Part shown: positions 55,611 to 64,000 of the stretch, in pieces | Numbering within the stretch: position 1 is the stretch's first letter | How the letters are laid out: each line of letters starts with the position of its first letter | NCBI GenBank assembly: GCA_965116885.1 | Contig: OZ220741.1 | Span: 4,704,001 to 4,768,000, forward strand | Source of the DNA: Candidatus Latescibacterota bacterium | GTDB lineage: Bacteria > Latescibacterota > UBA2968 | Reading direction: 5' to 3' | DNA: 64,000 nucleotides | Notes under the pieces: model-generated | What the model was told of the DNA's origin: nothing | The model's input: only the letters and a program-made list of their open reading frames with translations | Database searches by the model: none | Made by a program: the position numbers and the translations under genes

Positions 55611-57738
55611 CCGACCACGCACACGCCCGGCTCCAATCGCTCCACACCCCTTGTGCATTCCGCGCGCGCACGCGCCAATAATATCGCTCCCCCGGATTCA
55701 ACAGCCCTGCAAATTGCGGTTGCCAGCACGTCTTCCCCGCGTATGCCGTGCGGCTCACATACCGGTCAAAAGTGGGACACACGCACCACCTGAAATCCGG
55801 GTACCTGCTCACCTGTACGTGATAATCATCCACCTCTGACCCATTTCCCTCAGACCGTCTCCAGCGAAACTCAAAATCCGTCTGATCCAACTCAGCCCCA
55901 TCCGAGGGAAACACCGGCTCGGGTATATCCGGCGGTTTAATACAGTGCTCCTCCTGCCATCCGTAAATTATCCGAACATTCCGTTTTTCCTCTGTCTCAT
56001 CTCGATATTGAATGCTATTCTCACCGCAGAACAGCGAGGGCAAAGATCGCGTTGCACACTGCAAATCCGTATCAAACCAGATTTTATCCACCCCCACATC
56101 CCCGGTATTCGCGCCAGCCCACATCGCCACCTGCACATAATATTCATAACGCGGTCCAACCCGCCATCCCGGATCCCAATCTCCCCGCCAGTCGAACAAA
56201 GCCGGATTCAAATACCAGTCCAGATCCACACACGCACTTGCCCGATGTCCCACTGCCACCCAGACCGACCGCCAGTCCTTTCCATCCTGAGACAGCAACA
56301 CCTCAAGCCCGTCTTCCCTGCTCTCCCGTCTATAGGACAAACCCACCCGCGCTCCGGCAATGGGATATGGTGAACACACCTTCCAGATCATTCTGGAAAC
56401 GCGCTGAGCCTGAGCAGGATGAACAGCCGGCAATCGCCCCGACGTTTCCTGCACCACATTCACCTGCTGTTCTAACCCTCTCATTGCCAGCGGATTTCGC
56501 AGATCGGGCCGATAGACCAGCTTGCCATTGGAATATCGCACCTCGGGATGTAACCGACGCCCCCGCACCACCGTCTTGCCCACCTGATCCCAATAGCGCA
56601 CCAGCTTCTCGCCCGGCCGCAAGCGCATCGCCATCGTATGGGGCGGCAACTGCGTCGTATCCTGTTGCACCCGGCCATCTCCCCGAGTCCATGCACCACT
56701 CGGATTAGTCGGATACACAAATTCCCGATTCTTGAACTGCGTGCTGTAATAATCCTTCTCCGCCAAATCCTTTCCCGCCAGCCCCAGGTTCCGGTGCGAC
56801 CTGCTCATTAATTCTGGATCCTGCGCCAGATCGGCGACACTGGCCACCGTGCGGTTATCGCGCTTTAAGAAAAACACCATCTGATCCGTATCGAGCAAGT
56901 GCCATGCCCCATTTGCCCACGCTTCGAAAATCGTATGGCTGCACTGCCGCCCTCGACCGTGCCCATCCAGAATACCACCAACCCATACCTCGCGCGACTT
57001 CACCCCCATCACCTCGCCCAACCGACTCGTGGCAATCGCATACCCTATACACCCCTCAAACCCATACGCATTGAACAACTTCACCGGATCGCTCACATCG
57101 TCATACCACGACATCCCGCATCGGCTATCGTAAACCTCATCTACGACAAACTGCCACAACCCCATCATCCGCTCTTCCTCATCCAAATCCCGCCCGCCTA
57201 TCGCCTCTTTCGCCATCGCCTCCACCGACCACCAATCCCGCTGTCCATTTGCCACCAACCACGGATTCACCAAATCTGTCTCACCCGTATTCTCGATCAC
57301 CACATACAGATTTGGCTCAAACACCTGATCATAGGGCGGCATACTCGAATTTGGCCCCGGGCAATACACCTCTGGTCCAAGAGTCACAGCATTCGACTCA
57401 TCTACATACCCACTCATCCGAACCTCAAACACCTCTGCTTTCTCCGTCAGATTGACCTGTTTCTCACAAGGCGCGCGGGGCACCTGTACCTCAATGGGTT
57501 CCATATCCTTCAACTCATCTTGCTCCGGATACCGATCAGCACCAACGGCGATATAATAATAAGTCTTCCCCGGTATCAAACCCGCCGCATCCACGAACCG
57601 ATCCTCTCGGGCAATGCCAACTTCTTCAAATACACCATCCACCCGATCCGCGCGATAGATTCGCATCCCCCGAGCGTCCTCGCATTCCACCTGTATCGTA
57701 ACGCAATTGACAGCCGTATCCAAAATTTTGAGTATCAT
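55594..57738 (-). CDS. Transglutaminase-like (Cys-His-Asp) protein flanked by FN3-like domains
   Basis: DPVKLFNAYGFEGC, HTIFEAWANGAWHLLD; PGKTYYY at the N-terminus; YYWRVRARN..WSDWS at the C-terminus. Confidence 0.65.
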   Translation of the reverse strand: MILKILDTAVNCVTIQVECEDARGMRIYRADRVDGVFEEVGIAREDRFVDAAGLIPGKTYYYIAVGADRYPEQDELKDMEPIEVQVPRAPCEKQVNLTEKAEVFEVRMSGYVDESNAVTLGPEVYCPGPNSSMPPYDQVFEPNLYVVIENTGETDLVNPWLVANGQRDWWSVEAMAKEAIGGRDLDEEERMMGLWQFVVDEVYDSRCGMSWYDDVSDPVKLFNAYGFEGCIGYAIATSRLGEVMGVKSREVWVGGILDGHGRGRQCSHTIFEAWANGAWHLLDTDQMVFFLKRDNRTVASVADLAQDPELMSRSHRNLGLAGKDLAEKDYYSTQFKNREFVYPTNPSGAWTRGDGRVQQDTTQLPPHTMAMRLRPGEKLVRYWDQVGKTVVRGRRLHPEVRYSNGKLVYRPDLRNPLAMRGLEQQVNVVQETSGRLPAVHPAQAQRVSRMIWKVCSPYPIAGARVGLSYRRESREDGLEVLLSQDGKDWRSVWVAVGHRASACVDLDWYLNPALFDWRGDWDPGWRVGPRYEYYVQVAMWAGANTGDVGVDKIWFDTDLQCATRSLPSLFCGENSIQYRDETEEKRNVRIIYGWQEEHCIKPPDIPEPVFPSDGAELDQTDFEFRWRRSEGNGSEVDDYHVQVSRYPDFRWCVCPTFDRYVSRTAYAGKTCWQPQFAGLLNPGERYYWRVRARNAQGVWSDWSRACAWSVIRGS

Positions 57739-57846
57739 CTCCGATCCTCCCCTCAATCAAAGCGGAAAATCGCTTGATGGATCATCCTCAAGCATGTTAT
57801 ATTTCCTCAAATCTTCTCTCCAACCTCCATTCCCAGGAGACACGCC

Positions 57847-58908
57847 ATGAAACTCGTCGAAACCGACCCCAACTCCGGCGCCGAAGTCTATCAACTCATC
57901 GACGATCCCCGCCCCGCCGACAACATCTATGGCGAACAGCCCTATTCCTCAGCTGATGGAAGCCGCGTCACAATCCGATATTATCCCCAAAACGATCAGG
58001 AGGGTGGCCTGTCCTTCCTCGATCTCTCAGACGGCAGCCTCCACACCGTACTCGCCGAAGCCCCCCATTTCCCCGCCTTCCACGCCTGGGGTGAACATCT
58101 CTACTACCAGCAACAAGACGGGGACTCTCTCGTACTCAAACGTTGCAATTATCAGACCCTCGAAAAAGAAGACATCACAACTTTGCCAACCGAAGAGGGC
58201 CGATTCAGCTATGGCACCACTTCCCAGGACGGTCGTTACTACGCTGCCAGCGTCCATCCCGAAGGCGGATCGAGCAAAGTCTGGTGTACAGACCTCTCAA
58301 CCGGGAAATGCGGCACCCTTGCCCAGCGCGACGACTACCACTTCAAACACGAACAATTCTCCCTCGACGGCAACAACCGCATCCTCATTCAAGCCAACAA
58401 AATGCCCGACGTCAAATTCGTTCACCTCGGCGCTCTTGAACCCGACCGTGAAGGCATCACCTGGTTTCCCGTCGATCGCCCACACACGCCGCGGCCCACC
58501 GGTCACGAAGCGTGGATAGGCACAACCGACCACATCTTCATCTCCACAGGACAAGACGAAGACAGCGAAGGGAATGTCTGGACTGCGGGCTTACGCGACA
58601 AGGCTCCAAGTCTGGTCAGCAAGACCCCCCACCGCTTCGGTCACGTCAGCGTCTCCCGCTGTGGCCGATACTGGGTTGGGGACGCCACCCAGGAAGAAAA
58701 CATCCCCATCCATATCGGTTCCCTCGAATCGGGTCGTCACAAATGCCTCGTCCTCAGCCGCACCGAACACGACAGCAATCAGTGGTCTCACACACATCCT
58801 TACATGACCTCTAACAATGCGTGGCTCATCTACACCTCCAACCGCAGTGGTCACCCCCAGGTCTATGGTGCGAAAATCCCACAGGAGTTTTTAGACAGTC
58901 TTTTATAA
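57847..58908 (+). CDS. Oligogalacturonate lyase (Ogl/PL22)-like beta-propeller
   Basis: DPNSGAEVYQLI, HEQFS, GHEAW, HTHPYMT...IYTSNRSGHPQVY; no signal peptide. Confidence 0.7.
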   Translation: MKLVETDPNSGAEVYQLIDDPRPADNIYGEQPYSSADGSRVTIRYYPQNDQEGGLSFLDLSDGSLHTVLAEAPHFPAFHAWGEHLYYQQQDGDSLVLKRCNYQTLEKEDITTLPTEEGRFSYGTTSQDGRYYAASVHPEGGSSKVWCTDLSTGKCGTLAQRDDYHFKHEQFSLDGNNRILIQANKMPDVKFVHLGALEPDREGITWFPVDRPHTPRPTGHEAWIGTTDHIFISTGQDEDSEGNVWTAGLRDKAPSLVSKTPHRFGHVSVSRCGRYWVGDATQEENIPIHIGSLESGRHKCLVLSRTEHDSNQWSHTHPYMTSNNAWLIYTSNRSGHPQVYGAKIPQEFLDSLL

Positions 58909-58921
58909 GCCTTCAAAACTC

Positions 58922-60883
58922 TCACCATCCATGTACCCCATGCCCCGCATCTGGAAACCATATTATATCCACTACCTTTGAGACCCCAATCCCGAACAAA
59001 TACCCTATAATCGCCCCGTACCAAAACGGCAGTGACCTCCGGTAAAGACTCACGCCCCCAAACCGGATGACAAAGGTCTTCATCAACCACACAATCAGCA
59101 GACAAAACCCGTATCGCCCTACAGGCAACGCAATCGCCGCCGGGTGAAAAGGCCACCAGGACACCCGCGCCTTCAAATAAGTCAGCACTCCTGCCTCTGC
59201 AAACCCAAAAAACCACACCCCCAACTTCTGTGGATCGAACACCGTCAGCTTGCTCCCCTCAATCAACGACACCCTGCCCATCAGCACACCCCAATCCCAC
59301 AAAGCCATGTGTCCATTCAGACCGCCCTCGGTATAACACCGGTAAAGCTGCGCGCCCACAGAAGCCACAAAACCCGTCACAAACGCAACCGGTATGCACC
59401 CCCAGATCAGCGGATGCCGCCGCAGATGGTCGCCCAGCATCCGAAAAAAATGCGTCACTGACGGAATACACGTAATCCGGATTGGCACCCCACAAAGCGC
59501 GTTGCTATTCACCAGCCAGATAGACGTCTGTGTCGCAGGTGGCAGATTCGACGTTCCGCCCAGCGCCAGGAGCACATCGGCTCCCTTCCCTCCTGCAGGA
59601 GACAAAAAAATAAATCCCGTAGTTGCCGCGTATTTTGTAATCCCAAAAAAGCAGATAAACAGCAACAACAACTGCACCAGCATCACGGGAACTCGCATCC
59701 CGGCAGACACCATCCACCCGCCCAAAAACACCGCCGAAGACAACAACCCCAGCCACGCCGTGCGATAAGAAACCGGAGTCCCGTCATCACCCTCGCGCCC
59801 CCTTTCAAACGCCTTTTGCAACGTCTCCCGCAAATGCCCTCTGGCGACCCACACCGACCATCCCACCAGAAACACCAGTGCCCCGTGCGATTCCAGCATC
59901 GCGATCTCGCCACCCATCGCCGGCTGCCCGGGCAAACCCACCGTAAATCCCGTGCGGTTCAGCAACCCCTTTTTCAAAATATTCACAAAATCGTAAAACC
60001 AAAAACTAAACAGAATATCCAGTGGGCATAAATACGCCAGCCCCATAATCATCGGCTGCACCCGCAAAAAATAATCCGGAAAATGATGTCCCAGAGGCAC
60101 GGCTTTGTACGTAGTCGAATAAAACAGGGTGATAGGCGGCAAGCTGAGAGCGAAATACCCGATGATATTCCAGCCAATAATCCCCGCCACAAAACCGAAC
60201 CCAATCCAGAACACCTTATTCTTAAACACATCCGGCACCCGACTGCCCGCAGACTGCCTGAGCATATCCATCGGGAATGTCGCCATCGGAAAGACCAGCC
60301 GCTCCTTTTCGTGCCACTGTTTGTAAAAAATCACACTCGAAAAAAAACCCGCCCCAACCAGCGACAAGCACGCCATCAACCACCAGAACAGCGGCCGTAC
60401 CCAGGCCAGCCACGGGATAGACCCATCCACCTGCACCCCGGTAAACAACTGCCCGATCACCACCTCCGATTCCTCTGGAAACAGCCAGCGAGGGAAATAG
60501 GGCATCACCACCTCCCGCATCCGGTTCTCAGGCGAGGCATAGTGAGCCGGAGCCGCAATATCGGTCACCATATACATCGCCCATCCGATACCTGGCAAAT
60601 TCCCCACCAGCCACACCATAAAAAACACCGTCAACATCTCCATCCTGGACAGTGCCCACCGCCGCGCAAACAACTTCAACACCGTATTGATACCCAGCCA
60701 GACCACAAACGGCAGAGCCACCGCTACGGGCATATAATTCTTCACCAAATTCCGCCCGAAATAGGACATGAAAAGCGCCATACCCACAATCGTGAGCACA
60801 CCTATCACCAGCGCGCGTCCCGTCACCCGTTCGCGGAGACCCTTAGCCTGTTCTTCCACTACCTGCTTTTCGTAGGTAGCCAT
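58922..60883 (-). CDS. DUF6785/DUF6784-type membrane protein, paralog 3
   Basis: APAHYASPEN, PLFWW, KQWHEKERLVFPM, WWPFHP, PFWYGAIIG. Confidence 0.8.
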   Translation of the reverse strand: MATYEKQVVEEQAKGLRERVTGRALVIGVLTIVGMALFMSYFGRNLVKNYMPVAVALPFVVWLGINTVLKLFARRWALSRMEMLTVFFMVWLVGNLPGIGWAMYMVTDIAAPAHYASPENRMREVVMPYFPRWLFPEESEVVIGQLFTGVQVDGSIPWLAWVRPLFWWLMACLSLVGAGFFSSVIFYKQWHEKERLVFPMATFPMDMLRQSAGSRVPDVFKNKVFWIGFGFVAGIIGWNIIGYFALSLPPITLFYSTTYKAVPLGHHFPDYFLRVQPMIMGLAYLCPLDILFSFWFYDFVNILKKGLLNRTGFTVGLPGQPAMGGEIAMLESHGALVFLVGWSVWVARGHLRETLQKAFERGREGDDGTPVSYRTAWLGLLSSAVFLGGWMVSAGMRVPVMLVQLLLLFICFFGITKYAATTGFIFLSPAGGKGADVLLALGGTSNLPPATQTSIWLVNSNALCGVPIRITCIPSVTHFFRMLGDHLRRHPLIWGCIPVAFVTGFVASVGAQLYRCYTEGGLNGHMALWDWGVLMGRVSLIEGSKLTVFDPQKLGVWFFGFAEAGVLTYLKARVSWWPFHPAAIALPVGRYGFCLLIVWLMKTFVIRFGGVSLYRRSLPFWYGAIIGYLFGIGVSKVVDIIWFPDAGHGVHGW

Positions 60884-60899
60884 CTCCCAACCTTTTTGG

Positions 60900-61036
60900 T
60901 CATCGCAACTGCTTCAACAAGCCCAAAGCCACCTCGACAATCTGCTCGCCACACCCCGGTGCAAAAACGCTCGCCTCCGGCTCATAGCCCCCTTCTTCAT
61001 AAGACTGCCTCGCCGGCAAATACCCCACCGATTCAT
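60900..61036 (-). pseudogene. Orphan duplicate of the last ~44 codons of the 62518-63786 gene
   Basis: 129/137 identical to 62518-62654; reads ESVGYLPARQSYEEGGYEPEASVFAPGCGEQIVEVALGLLKQLR-stop. Confidence 0.9.
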
Positions 61037-61037
61037 A

Positions 61038-61082
61038 AGTTTATTGCCTCTCAATCCGAAATTCAAGCCAAATACCAAGAGC
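61038..61082. repeat. 45-bp dispersed element, copy 2, abutting the duplication breakpoint
   Basis: 39/45 identical to 42679-42723. Confidence 0.75.
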
Positions 61083-61107
61083 CTCTTAAATAAAAACACG
61101 ACAAAAT

Positions 61108-61144
61108 AAAAAAGGCAACCGAATAAAAATTCGGTTGCCTTTTT
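61108..61144. terminator. Intrinsic terminator downstream of the LacI gene
   Basis: A-run-GGCAACCGAAT-aaaa-ATTCGGTTGCC-T-run. Confidence 0.85.
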
Positions 61145-61172
61145 GCCTAACACAATAGATTCAAAATTTCTA

Positions 61173-62201
61173 TCATTTTTCACTTTTGTTAGATCCACAC
61201 GATTCCCGCACGACCAGATGCGACTTCAAGGTTACTTGCCGAGGCTCATCCTGCTCTTCGAGTTGTTCCAGCATCAGGTCCATCGCAGCCTGGGCAATCG
61301 CCTCGTAAGGCGTTACCAGTGTCGTCAGTGCTGGCGTCATATAAGCCGCTACGTCAATATCACCACTGCCCACTACAGCCACGTCCTCAGGGACGCAAAT
61401 ACCCGATTCCCGTAGTCCCCGACAAACGCCTATCGCGGTATAATCATCCCGACATACAAGAGCCGTAAACCGGCCGCCGAGTTCTTTGCCCTCGCGATAC
61501 CCCGCTTCGATACAGATGGAGCTGACAGGTATGCTTTTAGGCGTCAAGTCGTGCTTTTGCATCGCCAGCAAATATCCTTTACCCTTAGCTGAAACCGGAC
61601 TGGCCTCATTCTGGTCCTCTCCTATAAACCCGATCTGCTCGTGACCCAACTTGATCAAATGTTCCGTGGCCTCGTAAAAATTCGCCACATAGTCCAGCAC
61701 GACTCCACTCTGGTTTTCGGCTGGATAGTGCAATGTCACCACTGGCACACGTCCCTTCACAGCGTCCAAAATACGCTCTGACTCTCCTGCGTCTCCCTGC
61801 ATATGAATTAAAAGCCCATCTACGCCCCAGGAAATCAATTGCTTGATCTGTGTAGTCCGGTCATCCCGTGAACTTTGAAGGATCCGGTTAGAGGCCACTC
61901 CCATCATGATTTGATAATCATGCTCGTCAGCCACTCTCAAAATCTGGTCGGTCTGATATCCAGACGCTTCCTGGAAAACCTGGTAGGTTAGCAGACCCAG
62001 TGTACCCGTCTTCCCCATCACAATCCCCCGCGCCATCAAATTGGGACTGTAGTCCATCTCGGCGGCTGTTTGTCGCACCAGTTCTCGGGTCTTCTCTTTC
62101 ACCAGTACCGACGCATGTGGGGATAACGCCCGTGAGACTGTTGAATACGAAATCCCCAACTGCCTCGCAATATCTTTAATCGTAGCTTGATTCTTTTTCA
62201 T
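61173..62201 (-). CDS. LacI-family transcriptional regulator
   Basis: ATIKDIARQLGISYSTVSRAL, YSPNLMAR, VPEDVAVVG, PALTT, LVVRESC. Confidence 0.95.
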   Translation of the reverse strand: MKKNQATIKDIARQLGISYSTVSRALSPHASVLVKEKTRELVRQTAAEMDYSPNLMARGIVMGKTGTLGLLTYQVFQEASGYQTDQILRVADEHDYQIMMGVASNRILQSSRDDRTTQIKQLISWGVDGLLIHMQGDAGESERILDAVKGRVPVVTLHYPAENQSGVVLDYVANFYEATEHLIKLGHEQIGFIGEDQNEASPVSAKGKGYLLAMQKHDLTPKSIPVSSICIEAGYREGKELGGRFTALVCRDDYTAIGVCRGLRESGICVPEDVAVVGSGDIDVAAYMTPALTTLVTPYEAIAQAAMDLMLEQLEEQDEPRQVTLKSHLVVRESCGSNKSEK

Positions 62202-62342
62202 TGGATTATCTCGTCATCAATTAAGCGATATAAATGAAGGGACATAATTCTCGAATAGACTGCTTTGATGTGACTTGAGCTGGATGATATTTTTTATAAA
62301 TGTACTGATTTTATCTTAAGAATACCAGTACCTTATATAAAG

Positions 62343-62377
62343 GATCTATATATCGTCCTATGGACAATATATCGTCC
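62343..62377. promoter_or_regulatory. Two tandem near-palindromic sites (consensus GGACGATATATCGTCC)
   Basis: gatctatatatcgtcc (62343-62358) and ggacaatatatcgtcc (62362-62377); third match at 53301-53316. Confidence 0.5.
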
Positions 62378-62517
62378 TGTAAAAAAATGACAAGTATATT
62401 TTCTTGCACTCGTCCTGCTGCGCTTGCCGCGCGGAATAGACCAGCCCCAGATCGCATAATCTCCATCTCAAGGCACCTTCTGAAAACTGTGAAATGCTCA
62501 TATCCCAACGCTATCAG

Positions 62518-63786
62518 TCATCGCAATTGTTCCAACAGGTCCAAAGCCACCTCGACAATCTGCTCGCCACACCCCGGTGCAAAAACGCTCGCCTCTGGCT
62601 CATAGCCCCCTTCTTCATAAGACTGCCTCGTCGGCAAATACCCCACCGAATCATTGGCCAATTCGATCACTATCGTCTGCGAAAACGGAGATCGGGCTTT
62701 CAAATCCAACCCCAGTTCCACCAGCAACTCCCCCGGCACAGCCGCAATCCCCAGGTCCCCAATGCGAAGTGCCTGCACCCATGTCCGCACCCGATTCGGC
62801 ACATCGGTCATGCGCCTGGTTATTCGTCGCACAAAAGCGCGCTCGGCCATCGTGGATCGCTCCATATCTTCAATCCCTCTCACCCTCGCCATATCAGTCT
62901 CCGAAGGCTTTGGCTTGCGCGCCAGAACCACCTCTTGCATCGCCGCCCCAATGGGTACATCGGACGCAAAATCCATCTCATTCCACACCCATAAAACACC
63001 CGCTGCAATCAGCCCCGCCACGCGTTCTGCATGCAGAGAACGATCTTTCACAGGGCGCTTATCCCCCAGCACATCTATATTGTTGATATCCCCACACGCG
63101 CCATTTGAAAGTGCCGCAACAAAAGAAGCATTCCGCATCCGCTGAATCAGCGTTGAAAAAGTCCCAAAATAGTCTGCGGAAATCGAATATGTAGATTGGG
63201 GCACACCGATATAATGCAGCGCGTAATTGGCCAGCAAACCAATCACCTCGCCATCAACGCCCTGAAAACAAATCGCGCCGATCTCCGGATCAATCGGTCC
63301 CATTGGCGCCACCACATCGGAATTGCCCACCCCGGGATTTGTGCGCACCGATCCATCGCGCATGCGATAGCGGCGGTTAAAAACCACGCGGTCCTCAAAA
63401 GCTCGCCCAAACCCCACCTGCGCTGGCTTTCGGTCCTCCCACGCCAGCCTGACCGCATCGGCGATCCGGTCAATCAAAAACGCCGTATAAGCATCTTCGC
63501 CAGTAGCCGCTCCGGTGTGCGTATGCGTGCAAGAAATCAAAACCCGTTCCGCACTCAGTTCCGTCTCAACAGCGATCCGTTCCTTCGCGCGGTCCAGATA
63601 ATCCCGCTTCACCCCGATCAAATCGCACACCACAATCGCCACACCTTCTCCCTCTCGTTCCATCACAAAACTGCGCACATGCAATGGATCGCGCACCTTC
63701 TCGGCGAACCGATCCTCAAACGATCCCGGAATCATCGTACCCAGCGGTGGTGTGATATCCAGACATGCCGTTCCTGCGGTGATCAT
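62518..63786 (-). CDS. Neutral/alkaline ceramidase-like hydrolase (PVC-type)
   Basis: AGTACLDITPP, DPLHVR, ISCTHTHTG, FNRR, NYALHY, ISADYFG, GACGDIN, PGEL, GYLP...GGYE. Confidence 0.82.
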   Translation of the reverse strand: MITAGTACLDITPPLGTMIPGSFEDRFAEKVRDPLHVRSFVMEREGEGVAIVVCDLIGVKRDYLDRAKERIAVETELSAERVLISCTHTHTGAATGEDAYTAFLIDRIADAVRLAWEDRKPAQVGFGRAFEDRVVFNRRYRMRDGSVRTNPGVGNSDVVAPMGPIDPEIGAICFQGVDGEVIGLLANYALHYIGVPQSTYSISADYFGTFSTLIQRMRNASFVAALSNGACGDINNIDVLGDKRPVKDRSLHAERVAGLIAAGVLWVWNEMDFASDVPIGAAMQEVVLARKPKPSETDMARVRGIEDMERSTMAERAFVRRITRRMTDVPNRVRTWVQALRIGDLGIAAVPGELLVELGLDLKARSPFSQTIVIELANDSVGYLPTRQSYEEGGYEPEASVFAPGCGEQIVEVALDLLEQLR

Positions 63787-63804
63787 AGAACACTCCTTTA
63801 GTGG

Positions 63805-64000
63805 TCATTCCATCCCAAACTGCCGCTTCAAAAATTCAACCGTCTCCCTGTAAAACCGCGCCTGAATCGCCCCTTGATCCTCCCCTGCTACATCTTCCCG
63901 CATCCGCACCACGCATTCCACACCCAGCGCATCCATCTTCTCCTTCAGCACCTGCCCGAATATCGGATGGTGGATTCCCTGTCCCGCATCCGGCTCGGGA
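63805..64000 (-). CDS. C-terminal end of a probable alpha/beta-hydrolase (partial)
   Basis: Read by hand: ...GQGIHHPIFGQVLKEKMDALGVECVV...VEFLKRQFGME-stop. Confidence 0.6.
   Translation of the reverse strand, partial: PEPDAGQGIHHPIFGQVLKEKMDALGVECVVRMREDVAGEDQGAIQARFYRETVEFLKRQFGME

Noticed and set aside
60914..61198. 94-aa minus-strand ORF
   Set aside because: Crosses the terminator, the 45-bp repeat and the duplicated fragment out of frame.
61037..62517. Intact IS or integrative element
   Set aside because: No transposase or integrase and no terminal inverted repeats found; reported only as an insertion scar.

Overview
Gene-dense bacterial chromosomal window with no rRNA, tRNA, CRISPR array or intact transposase that I can see. 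The gene content (PorV/PorQ-like barrel, T9SS-like C-terminal domain, GWxTD proteins, CRTAC1/ASPIC-UnbV proteins, several DUF6785-type membrane proteins) suggests an uncultured FCB-group organism such as Ca. Latescibacterota; this is inference only. Layout: (1) 1-11 kb, an enolase-family enzyme and transport genes (ABC exporter + DUF1854, orphan RND permease, bactofilin, LecA-like protein + NMT1/SsuA-type ABC parts). (2) 11-42.5 kb, a ~31 kb run of minus-strand genes: amidase, oxidoreductases, GT2, CDP-alcohol phosphatidyltransferase, TauE, an UnbU(RnfD-like)/UnbV/UnbV-TPR triplet, signal-less beta-propeller lyase-like proteins, two DUF6785-like proteins, TPR-thioredoxin, GWxTD, TolB-like, an octaheme cytochrome-HEAT-TPR protein and PhyH. 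(3) 42.8-52.7 kb, a second GWxTD gene converging on an operon of OMP, TonB-dependent receptor, CTD-bearing protein and PorV. (4) 53-64 kb, a TPR-FGE + di-heme peroxidase pair, transglutaminase-like and Ogl-like proteins, a third DUF6785, and a LacI cassette bracketed by a 137-bp duplication of a neighbouring gene's 3' end. Intergenic DNA carries several small repeat families, including a hairpin family with compensatory stem changes and one copy nested inside another. All family assignments come from motif recognition by eye, not database searches.
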